From NCBI GenBank assembly GCA_977030845.1, contig OZ365118.1, forward strand, positions 2,542,001 through 2,606,000: a DNA stretch of 64,000 nt, read 5' to 3'. Shown here in pieces: positions 39,388 through 51,390 of this stretch. Position 1 is the first letter of the stretch. Each line of letters starts with the position of its first letter. Source of the DNA: Fimbriosthenelais zetlandica (lineage: Eukaryota). The position numbers were made by a program, and so were the translations under genes. Under the pieces are notes generated by a model. That model saw only the letters and a program-made list of their open reading frames with translations. It was not told the origin of the DNA and made no database searches.

Positions 39388-41769
39388 AGCTGTCTGAAAA
39401 GGAGGCTGAATGAAGCAAGTTCTGCATGGAAATGAGCCTGAGGCATGAGGTAGAAACAAATGCTACAAGTGTTCCTCTCACTACAGTACATGGGTCTGAT
39501 GACCACCATGAGGTCATATGTCCAATTCATCCAGAAGTCTGTCGGCGAAAGTCTGACTGAAGGTGAATGGATCTTCCAGCGATTACATATAGAAGAGCAA
39601 TGAGTTCCCAAAGCAACGTCAGGATTCATTTGGCAGTCAGTGGAAAATCAGCTTGGAAAGGTGGACTGGGGGAGATTCAGCAAACCCTGCTGCCATATTG
39701 GATTCCAGACTAGTCATTACATGGTCACACAATGAGGAGGATTCAATTAAACGTCAAGTCATGCGGCATAGCCAGGGGTTCCTCATGGTGCAATTAGATG
39801 ATAACTTACTGACAACGACAGGCATAACTCTTATCCTGATAAATTCTCAAGTAATCCATAATAAATTCCACCACCAATTCATCCCTTCCTTTGCCATTGT
39901 TACCTCGGTTCATTGAAAAATGAATTTAACAAATCTGTAGCGAAAATAGCCAAGATATAGCAGAAAAACTTGATGGTACACGACAATTGGCAATTAAAAG
40001 TTGAGACAGATAAGAATCTTCGATCCTTTATTTGCGTTTATGAAGAGTTAGGTGAAGGAATCTTCACTAATTAAACTTCAAAGTGGTTTTAAAGCTGTTT
40101 CCTCTTTTTAATTAGGTTGTCAGGGACTCTAGTAATATATGACTTCATTATGTACTCATCTAGCTGTATAGGGAGCCGGGAGCTGGGTCAACAGCACCAT
40201 CAATCAATCCACACATGCCAGCTGATCGAACACACCATTTAATAAATTCAATTTTTCATTTTTCAAAAGGCAGACATCAATCAAGTGATGTGGTATTTCA
40301 AAAATGCCATCAATCAATTGATCCTGGATTATAGATGGGATAATCGCATGTCAAGGCTAAGCTGATATCTGGAGACGGATAATCCTCACCATGCGATATC
40401 CGTTTGTCATATTTACTTTTAAGTAATCCAGACAAGAGGTGGACCAACACCTTTACTGGGGACCTTGTAACATGGGGAAATCTGAAGGGGAAGTTCTAGG
40501 GAAGGCAAATGTGAAGATTGAACATGAAGGTAGAGAAACTTCATTTGTGTCTGACCTTTTCAGTGGACAAAGAGCAAGCATTTTCCCAGCAATTACCTGA
40601 GCGGCAGGGGATACATTCCCACACTCTGGTGTTAACGGACTGAGAGGGAGCGCCTTATTTAATGTAGAGCAGAAATTCACAATTTACACTATTTTTTGCG
40701 GACTTTTCACTTCCAAAAAGAAGGACGCGACAAATTGGAGCTGATAGGAATGCGGAGATAACCAAGGTTATGTATGGAAAAAAAGAATGTGACACAATGG
40801 AGGTGTTGTTCTCCCTTCACATAAAACAGGTCATAGGGGAGAGGTGAGAGGAATAAGGTGCATAAGGGGATAGGGGGAGAGCAGGGGGTGTACCGATATT
40901 AATGTAACCTACATAGTGGATCCAGGGCCTTACTGTGACAGTGGATCCATGTTATTAGTGGGAGGGAATGCTCGCATGTTGAGCACGTATCGTGTTACAG
41001 CTTTATGTTTCCCGTCCTCAGCACGACAATTACAGCTGTTCTTATTAGACAAGATCAAATTGATGTCTTGTAGGCATTCAATGTGCTGTCATGGCTTCAA
41101 CCACTTTATTGGTGGCTACATTACAACATTCCATTTACTGGAGTAATGTGAGATGGCTATTGTAGGATCCCCGTGGAGTCCTGACTATGTTCAATCTTTA
41201 TTATGTGTGGTGCAATAATGTACCAATAACAGAATACAGACATTAGACATAAAGTGAATAAGAGCACGAAGACATAATGTCTAAGATAAAGAATCTAGTT
41301 CAGGAGTTTTTTTGAAACTGTCCACAATGTCCCTTGATCTTGTATAAAACATGCCATGCTCGCATAACAGATACGGGGAATACTAATTGCTGTTGTCAGC
41401 GATATTTCCTGGTAATTAAAACACGTTTGTTGGATAGCCCAGTCAGCGCATTATTGTTCCTCACTCAAAAAGAGTTCAAATATTAAATAGGCCAGCATTA
41501 GATCCTGGTAGTATTGAAAAGTCAAAGACCAGGCGGTGGCGGAAGAGAGATAAGAGTACACTGACAACAATGTGATTAATACGGTTATGCACTGTGGAGA
41601 AGGATACTGGTTTAGTCTATACTTATGCATACGATAGCTAATTTCAAAGACATATTTAATAGATATTGTAGCGTTTGATGGCGTCTAATTACAGTTAGTA
41701 GGGTATAATGGGTAGATAATGCTGGTTTATGACCAGCTGAAGACAATCCTATTGTCTTTAGCCAGGAAG

Positions 41770-41828
41770 AATTATGCAAATGAGGCAAAGGGTATTGTGA
41801 ATACTCTTTCATTAGCCTTTGCATAATT
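41770..41828. other. 59-nt hairpin-forming inverted repeat
   Basis: AATTATGCAAA/TTTGCATAATT perfect 11 bp; GGC/GCC; AAAGGGTATT/AATACTCTTT 10 bp with one G-U; 3-nt loop. Confidence 0.6.
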
Positions 41829-44402
41829 GTAGCCACTTTCTACTTTCCTTGATGAATATTCATGTTGTTTCCACAACGAGATTAGTGTATTATTCTATAC
41901 TTGTACCAGGGGAACTATTGTAAAATTGCACTAAAAGAAAAAAATCATGAAGTTTCCCAGAAATTATCATCCACAGCAAATCATTTGTCATCAAAGTGGC
42001 TGTAGAGGGATTTTGTTAAATCCTGGTTATATTTCAGCGATGTGAAGCTCTTTTATTCCAGCATTTAATATAATCTCCACACAAATGAATAACTTTTACA
42101 TTCAACGCGATTATAACGTTTGTAAAAAGGATGATAGAAGGAACAGACGGGGAACATATGTCAGCACTTCCCCATGTAAGCGGATTAGTCTCTTATCCTC
42201 AAGTGATAGGCAATAATCCAGATTTACTGCCCACATAATCTGCCTTTAACTTCAACACTATTTGGATTTGTGATTGCATCATTTTGAAGTGCAGGGAACA
42301 ATTAAAATCCCTGTAAAGGAGACTGATTGAGTGGAATACAAAAGGCCGCACGCAGCAATACTGAGCTCTGGGCAGAATCACGAGCATGCGTGCTGGGCTT
42401 GTTCTAATTATAGCCACATCTGCTGAACTCGTGCAGGCGTCAATCATGCACGAGTGATGCATGCCCGAGTGATGGAGAGATAAGGTGATGTTATCATCTC
42501 AGGTAATGTTCATAATGTAACTTGAGGGCCAGCATAAAGAGCCAGGGTAAAGCCGTGTCTTTCATGATTGTTCAACCCCATTACAGACCATTAATAATAA
42601 GCCAAGCCTCATCAACTATACCCTCCCCCAACTACAGTCCACCCCACACATCACAGACTGACCATACTCAGCTTATACTGGCTTAATATGAACACAAACT
42701 GACACAGAGTATACCTCTAATGGCTGCATGTAAGTCAAACATTAGCTTATCTACAAAATATTGATTTATCTATTGCTGGAAGAATCTCATTCTTTTCACA
42801 GACATCTTGCTTTGCATGGGAATATTCCTCTGTAAGTGGGCGTTAAATATTCTAAATGAAAAATGGAAGATTTCTCCTAATCCCAGACTCACAAGTGAAG
42901 GCGTGATAAAGATTGAGAGTAGATCCATCAGAGAGGGCTGGAGGAAGATGGCACAGCCAGGAAAAATACCAAGTTTTAATCCGTCAAATTCCGCTTAGAG
43001 AAAGACTGGGAGTGGAAGGAGGAGATATTGAAGCATTTTAAATTTAATTACTAAAGCTAGCAGCAGGGGTTTTTTGAGCTTCCTGTGATCAGTTCGTTGA
43101 CAGGCAGTTTGACAGGCCTTGTGGATTATTCATTTCAGAATTTTATTCCATTCAGTTTGCCTGCATGCAACAACTGGGAACAAGCCATGGCAGGGGGCTT
43201 GCCATCCATCCCTGCTAGGCCTTATCGATAGAGATGTGTCGGCAACAATTTCCATGAATTCATTCAATTTGTTATGACACATTGTGGCTAGCCAGACGTA
43301 TTAATTCTTGATTGGCAGATGCGATTGGGAAAATTAATTTGGGTCAATTTAATCTCGGGGGTGTGACAACCCAGTGACCCCTGCAGAGGCTTTCTAGGGG
43401 GTTGATGACCCCCCGTGGGATTCCCTAGCTACTGCATCCACCCCTTCTAGCAACCCTGCAACTGTGCAGCATTAACCAATGCTAAAACCTTCCCATATCC
43501 TACCCAAACCAGAGCTTATGAAAGTAATATCAGCAGAGCAATTCTTCATGGCTGTATTTGGAGATGATTTTTAATTCATAAAGATAAGGAATATTTGTAT
43601 ATGAGAATAGTTCTGATATCTTTATGATCTGGGTGGGGATGGTAGCAGATGTGAGAGCGATGGAGCGTGGTATTGCCTGGAGGACATTGTGAGTAGTCGG
43701 TCAGTCTGGCCTTTAGAACAGGCAAGCCTATAAACAAGTCTGAGGCTGGGTAATAGTAATCTGGCACAGTGCGGCCCCAGCCTACCTCTCTCTACTACCT
43801 CTAGTCACACCATCTCCCCTTAATCACCGCGTACCTCGCCTGGTATTTTGTTGTGGTCTATAGACCAGATTACGCTACATTCTTGTATAGATTTAAAGCC
43901 AGGACGACCACGGAGCATTTTATTGTTTCCTGCCATGCAAAAATACCTTCTTTAATGATTGATACATTGTTATCATCTACTGTGTATGCAGGGGGAGAAC
44001 TTTTCCATCAACATTCACCCGACTGCACTGAGTAGTGCGTACTTTGTCGCAGTTTTCTATGAGAGATTTCAATGCAACATTAGCTGGAGTGAGTTGGGGT
44101 GTTTAGGAGTGTTTTGAAGTGGAACAGACTGATTATATGTGTGGGGGTACAGACTATTATAGTGGTAAACTATTCAGACTTCTCATGTAGCTCAGCTGGT
44201 CGAGCTCTGAATGGATGTCATTTCTTTAACAGCCTCCCCTGCTCCCTCTCTCATGTATAATGTTACTACAAGACGATCCGGTGTCATTCAAAATGCAAAT
44301 AGGCAGAGAGGCAATCTCTCAATGTCTGCTGGGCTGAGGTCCCTCAGTCAATCTCTATCATGTTCATCTTGACATGGTTAGGTGGATCATACCTGGACTA
44401 GA

Positions 44403-44672
44403 CTGTCACCATGGTGACAAGTTCATGACTGATGATGTCACGTGGTGTGACAGACTGACAGCGCCCTCTAGATGGTCTGTGACAGTGTCAGTGCTCCCAC
44501 ACCTTCAACACTCAGCATAGCAACAGCTGAGAGACCGAGAGAGAGGTGTCAACAAAGAATGCACACCTTACCTCTCCTTCTCTAACCCCCTGCTGTCAAG
44601 CTTGGAGATGCTGTCATTGTGACAGTGACACTTGACTAGAGTGGACCTATTTGTATAGCGGTCTCTCTGTCA
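44403..44672. promoter_or_regulatory. Second TGACAG cluster with X-box palindrome and CTCF-like site
   Basis: Eight TGACAG/CTGTCA hexamers; TGTCACCATGGTGACA 16-bp palindrome 44404-44419; CCATCTAGAGGGCGCTG on minus 44459-44475. Confidence 0.5.
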
Positions 44673-47045
44673 ACAGGAAGCTCCCATAGAACCTACAGGA
44701 TGGACTTAACACTATTTAAGGTCCCTAAAGATCTAGTTGTAAAACTTCTGACTTTTGAACTACCACACAAGGTGTGAAGTGGACAAAAATTAGCAGCTCT
44801 GTGAGATGGACTGCTTCTGGGTGACAGCACAGGGGCAGGTGGGAAGTGGGGGTAGTTGAATATTGGCACAATAGATGGCGATTTAATCAGGAAGTACACG
44901 CTGAGATATTGAGCGATAATTGAGGCAATGAGACGGGCGATAATGGATGAATCTGCCATTGAGTTGGACATTGACTGATTTAAAGGATTGATTGTACTAG
45001 AGCAGGGTGTTGATAGATGGTGAAAGGCTATAGGTGCGCATTGATGCATCTTAACAAATGGAACCGGGTGGGAAAGTCGGGGAGCAGGCCGCAATTTGTA
45101 TTTGCCCTGACCTGAGCCATTTATCAGAGGCTAGAGTCGGTTAGAATGGAAAACAATCTATTTACAGTCAGGGTAATGAGCGACTGGGGATTTACACGAC
45201 TTTACTTCAGCCCAAGTAGAATTTGAATATATGAGTTAGTTCAGGGAAAGTCTAACTCTAGGTCTATAGAATATGAAAACTGAGCCTACCCCAGGTCCAT
45301 ACATATAAGGGAAACCCATTGCTATTCCTAAATCTGTGCAATCCATTTAAAATGGACCTATAATTACACCAAATCTTTTCACAGACATGGCTATATCAGT
45401 AAGATGTATATAGTTCTTAAAGGACTAGTGTATAATTAGCATCTCATGGCCTGGCTCTGTCTAATTGGAGCAGTTAAAGTTTAACTATTGGTTTGAGTGA
45501 AGGTTTGAGGAAGAGTGTGGCAGGTCGAGGCTTGATGCGCATCCTAACTATTTAATTACACCTGGTAATTAGAGAATAAATCAGCAGTGAAGCAGACAAC
45601 ACCACCTTGTAGATAAAGGATAGAATTCCTAATTCTCTATTTACTCCCGAGCATTATCTGGTCTGGTGAAACAATAGGGCAAATTAACATTCTCAACATC
45701 CATTTAAACTAAATATAAATAACTTTTATGTTGAAAGCAACATTCTCCACATCTATACAACCAAACACTCGTGAATTAATGGCTGAAAGATGTGAAAATG
45801 GAGGAAATCGCGCGAATAGAATGAAAAGACATTTATCTTTACAATCTAAAAGATAAGAATAATCTAAACATTGCATCACTTGTTATCAGCAAATTAGTGC
45901 TGCAATAATTGTTATAGAAATATTATTCAATGTTTTAACAGAAACAGAAGGCTCGTGTCTATTGTAAATGGAAGCAGCACAATTAAAGTAATCCATCATT
46001 CAACTGTGAATGGAGGGGGCTTTAGGTTGGGTGTATATCGAGGAGAGATGGGAGTAGGAGAGTGAATGGGGAGGCTTGTAGTGGGGGTGAGTGGGTGTAG
46101 AGAGGGATACTGCCAGCTTCTATATAAGGACTCTCACTATTAACTATTGTCTACACTTATTACTGCTCGTCTCCCCAGTCACAGTGAAAGGAATCTCTGC
46201 TACATTTAAGGGAGCATTCCACAACACATTCTTATTAAACTCTCATTAAAAGCCTGGCTTTAAGGAATTAGTTAATCTTTAAATGAGTTTCATTAAACAG
46301 ATTATATTCATTAAATCATTCTGATTAATGTACATTAATTACAGAGTATTCCTACTCTATTTCACTGGAGGAGTCTAGAAGGTGATGGATCCACTTAAGA
46401 TGAAAACTTTTCTATGAAACATCCAACAAAAATACTCCAGAGTAAGAATTGTAATGGGAAAGACCCATTATCAAACTGCAATACTGGAAGGTGAAAAGGA
46501 AAGGTCTTGACTTAGGTCTTGATAGGGTTAGGCAATGATGGAGGGGTTGGGTATGTGCTATGTATTACTGGGGTTCGCTAAGACTTCAGCAAAATGTTTG
46601 GTTAAACCAAATGTAAACAGAAAGTAGCGAGGTTAGCTGTTGAGAATGTTTGGTTGTTATGGAGTGTTGTGACAAAGCTGGGCGATCCACTCACCAGATG
46701 GAAATATAAACAGAGCAGTGTACTAATACAAGCAGCAGGGTTAGGTGAAGAGGCTGAAAGTATTCCCCTAGGCCTGGTGAGGACCTGATAAACATTGGAT
46801 GTAATGTTGTCTTTTCACCTTTGCATTAAGTAGTCTGTGTGAGAAAGAGAGAGAGACTAGTTAAACGTTCCCTTTAAGGGGCGATTTGTTCTGTACAGTC
46901 TAATGCCTTCAATACATAATTAAAGTTGTGAGGCAGTGCTAATGGTGTTTTTATATGTAGGCCTAATGGCTCAACTTATGAGATAGCCCTCTGGAACATA
47001 ACCTTAGGATTCTAATTGTAAAATCTTAAGCACTAATTGAATAAT

Positions 47046-47071
47046 TTTCATCTTAAATTCTTAAGATGAAA
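47046..47071. other. Perfect 11-bp stem with 4-nt loop
   Basis: TTTCATCTTAA-ATTC-TTAAGATGAAA. Confidence 0.7.
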
Positions 47072-47087
47072 TGATGACAACCGTTAC

Positions 47088-47152
47088 CTGCGAGGTGACC
47101 AAAAGTTCCAAATTTCACCAACTCACCTGGAAACAAACAAGCAATAAATTAG
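47088..47152 (-). other. Candidate recursive splice site (AG|GT at 47127/47126) with 39-nt RS-exon or microexon
   Basis: Minus strand: CTAATttattgcttgtttgtttccag|GTGAGTTGGTGAAATTTGGAACTTTTGGTCACCTCGCAG|gtaacg; branch-like CTAAT; no other AG for about 84 nt upstream. Confidence 0.5.
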
Positions 47153-47965
47153 ATTTTTAATAACAATGTTTTATGAGAATCAAGCAATAAACGAACAGGT
47201 TTTTCATGGAAGCTTAACAAAGGGAGATTCTATAATATAAAGAGCTATTTGGGCGGTATTTTAGTGGTATTTGCTCATGGTTTGGGGTCAGAGTTAGGGC
47301 AGCAGTAGGGACGTGTGGTATGGTCTATCACATTACCCAGGATGCCCTTGACCAGACAATTCATGAAGTACAGGGTCAGCAATGTCTCATAATACATAGC
47401 GTTGTCCAGTCTCCTCACCTTTCACCATACTGACCCCTCTCTCCTATCTCCCGCCCTCCACTCTCACTGGTCAAGGCAAAACCATTTCCAGTTTCCAGTC
47501 ACTTGGGCTTAAATCCCTAGAGTTTTATGTTTTATATTTTAACATATTATGTTATCAATATACCATGATTAGGTTTCATAATTATTTTCAAGTCATTCTG
47601 AGGAAAAACATACAAAATACACATGACTTTAAATAGATTTTTTCAGGGAATTGTCATATAACTGATAAGAACAGAATTTTGTCTTTTGGCCTGCTAAGGG
47701 TCCAGAAGTCACCCCCATATAAGGCAAATAGTGGGAACAATGGGCACACGGCCGGCTCGTAAACCTTCCACCTTATCTCCTCTATCACTCAGCCTCTCTT
47801 TGATCTGGTGGCCATTCCCAGGAGATGAAGGACCAGCTTCATTCTCAGATAATGAAACATAAACTTAACAAGAAACATAAAACAAAGCTGAGCTGTAATT
47901 TAACATTGACAGCGACCATTAGGCTTCATGGGAGTAAAAAGATAGCCATATGCCGGACACGCTCC

Positions 47966-48116
47966 GGTCATCTTGACCGAAGGTCAGTGAGAATAACGGT
48001 CATCGGTCAAGGTCAGCTGTGTGTACAGACAGGTCAAGGTCACTGGTAGAAGCAGGTTCTTCATGTCCATCACGTGACCTTGGTCTCCACTATCATGACC
48101 TTGGACATGACCTTGA
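47966..48116. promoter_or_regulatory. Nuclear-receptor half-site cluster
   Basis: Eleven GGTCA/TGACC in 150 nt, including CGGTCAtctTGACCG (IR3), AGGTCAAGGTCA 48031-48042, TGACCTTGG x2 and TGACCTTGA. Confidence 0.5.
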
Positions 48117-51100
48117 CTCAGTAAATAAACCAAAGTTTGTTCTCGCTCGTCTCTGTGTAAGAAGCTAGTTGTAAACTCGTTTGTCATTGGTGTTTATTTG
48201 ACATTGAAGTCACTTTGAGAGACATGAAGTATGTGAGAGACTGAGAGGGAGAGACAGGGTAGAGACAGGGTGCTGGGGGAGGGAGATAGGGTGCTGGGTG
48301 GAGGTACAGGGTTGGGGTAGGGTTACTTGATGGTAAAGCATCCACCAGGAGGACATGGTAGACGTGCTTGGGTTTCAGGGTTAGGGGAGAGGTCTAAACA
48401 CATGCTGATGTATAGGTATGCCACCAATATATCCTCACAGTAGCAAGTCTGGGGCTTGTCTCACAAAAAATATATCACAAACTGGGACAAATCTCACAGA
48501 AAGTTTCTTAGGATTATTTCCTCTTCCTGTGAAACAATTTATCAGAATTTGGGAGAAAAATTCATATTTATTTTCTCCAAACAAATACTGAAGGGATAAC
48601 AATATTTTATTTAAGACAGAAACCAGGGGTGGGTTTCATAATCAGATGTGAGCGTATTTATTATGGAATGGGTGGCAGGTTGGAGGGGAGAGTTAGTGAG
48701 GCTGGGTGTTGGGCAGTCACTCCCCGGGGGAGAGTGTACCTGTAGAGAGAGGAGAGTAAATATTGACATTAAACCTGTCACTCCATGGCCTCCCACTGAT
48801 GGGTGGAGAGAAACCCAGACCACTGAAGTAGCACTTCAACTATCATCATCCACCCTCACCAGATTCGGAATCACTCAAATCTAATTGCTTCACAACAAAA
48901 ATGTCATCCCTCGCTAACATTCATTGACACTGTTGCATAATCTGCGCATTGAAGCGTATGATTAAATTCTGATTGTTAACCAATGCAAATTCATTTTCGG
49001 TTGACACCATTAGGTAATCTTGTGGAAAGATGGATGGCCAACAAATGGAACCAATCGAAATTTTGTGAAAAAGTTCACTTGTTTGTCGCTGAATCAAGAG
49101 GAAAAATCTTCAAAAATTACACGCACCAGTACCTATGGTTTAAAGTAGCCTACTTTAGAAACTTTTTTTTAAGCTAGAGAGAAGAAAATGATTGGAATGC
49201 AATGGATGCACTCTATCTCCTAAATAAAGGACATTGGGGCAGTTTTAGGAACTGGTTTAGGTCTATTGAATTAAACTCCAGTGTACTTTCACCTCAGATG
49301 TAGAGAGAGAAGTAGGGTGGACGGAGCGATGTTTATATGTTTTATACACCTTTGTTTGAGTACTGGGAACATTATAGCTGGGTGATTTTTTATTGGCAGG
49401 ATTATTGGCAGCATTGAGGCAGTGTGGACACAGCAAAGATTTAACTGAGGTAGGGGAGAAAAGAGGAGCGGAGAAATATGACAGATCACACGCTTACCAC
49501 ACAGACCAGGTAAAGTGGGCAGTTTTTATAGACGTTTACAAGGTACAGAAATAGACATTACACAAACATGCAACCCGGGGTTGGCTTGTGTCAAATATGT
49601 GAGATTTTTAAGCACATTTTTGCAGGTTTTTTTGTAAAAATGAAGGGCAATCCATGTATAAACTGGGTCAGCTGATAATGGCCTTAATTTGGCAATCCTA
49701 CAACAGGTCCTGACCTATTGTAATGGAACAAGTGCTGACTCATGATGTAACTGGTTTTTCTCTTTGATCTGAATTTACTCTGATCGATCTTGGAGCCATC
49801 TATCTTGTTCTGTATAGGAATCCATTCTTTCATCTTTTTTCCGCTCATCTCTCGGCTTCAGAAAAGGCAAACTTCTATTGTGACTCACAAACGCTGTGAT
49901 CTAGTTACTGAGTCAGAACCTTAAGTGAGACAGAGTGAAAAATCCGACTCTCACCCAGAGTTCCTTATCTCCAAGTAGTTGAGCGATTTAATTACTGATT
50001 GTGGCCAGTCAAAGGCTGTCTTATCCCCCTGTGATTTGATGTCGGGTTGTTGTGAATGGACTATCAGTAATGGCAGGGAAGTGGAGGTGGCAGACTCTAT
50101 AACATTACCCACTCTTACATCATTATGTGGACAAACAAGCCTGACACCACACTTGGTTACTGGCTGCCGGGTAGGATTTAATTATTACCCGGGAAAGGTA
50201 GATACACAAAGGGTGGATATATGTATAGTGAATACTATAAATATATAGTACTCACGTATTATACAGTAATTGTCATAGTACGGTCAACTGAACACAGACC
50301 CGCCAATTTCTAATGAGAGGCGGCAGAAATATATCTCCTTTTAGCAACATCTATTCACCAATGTTTTGAATACAACAAGGCGGTTTAAATAAACAAGTGA
50401 CAGTTACGTTCAGCGTCCATTTTGAATTCCATCAGACCATCTTCTTTTTATCAGATGATCTACAGTTTCATAATATACCAGTAAGTTTGAATCGTGCTTG
50501 AGTAGCTAGCGTAAGTGTCTTTATTAAAAGCAACTTAACACGTGTGGAAGACTTCAAAGAATCTCTGTATAAGGTTTTTTGTTATACAATAACTAGGATT
50601 TATCTCAGGTATATGCACACCGCTGATCCTATTTCACACGAGTTGTCCTTTTAAATATCATACTCTATTCTTCCCGAGTAAGAATGAACTTGATGCCCTG
50701 TAACCTCAAAGTGCATTAACTTATAAAGGAGTAGAGATATCTGACAGCTCTCACCGCAGGTCGTTATTAGGCCCTCAGTCAGTGTGGTTACATCCCGGGG
50801 TTGTTTAATACAAATTACAATCACCTGGATACATTCCTTAGGTGCAGGTCAACCCCGAATCTCTCATTAAATTTGCACCATTAAGTGAAGATTCTAAGTC
50901 ATTGTAATCGGAGATAATAGGCATCATAAGTGGAATCATATATTTTGGTTTGCGGATTGTGGGATTAAATAAATCCATTTCTAATGTAACAGACCCCAGT
51001 CTATACATTGAGCAAGCTCGGGGGGACCTGATCAGAACTGACTGACTGCTCCCCTGAGAAGGCAGGAGGGCCTGGTTCTGGTGAGTGTGTGGTCAAACCT

Positions 51101-51181
51101 GAACAGTTCCAGGAGAGAGAAGAGGTAATGAGACATGGAGCAGGCCTGGTCATTGTCCACAGTGACGGGGGAGTGGGGTAA

Positions 51182-51390
51182 GGGTACAAGGGGGAGGAGG
51201 GAGGGGTACAAGGGGGAGGAGGGAGGGGTACAAGGGGGAGGAGGGAGGGGTACAAGGGGGAGGAGGGAGGGGTACAAGGGGGAGGAGGGAGGGGTACAAG
51301 GGGGAGGAGCGAGGGGTACAAGGGGGAGGAGGGAGGGGTACAAGGGGGAGGAGGGAGGGGTACAAGGGGGAGGAGGGAGGGGTATAAGGG
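51182..51390. repeat. 22-bp purine-rich minisatellite, 9 full copies plus a partial copy
   Basis: GGGTACAAGGGGGAGGAGGGAG every 22 nt from 51182 to 51358; one substitution at 51310; source of the proline-rich ORFs. Confidence 0.98.

Noticed and set aside
44187-44205. tRNA D-arm/A-box-like GTAGCTCAGCTGGTCGAGC
   Set aside because: No B-box, anticodon arm or acceptor stem follows; at most a SINE-head relic.
3544-51390. Tandem repeats considered as CRISPR arrays
   Set aside because: Units are contiguous with no unique spacers, no cas genes, and the DNA is eukaryotic in character.
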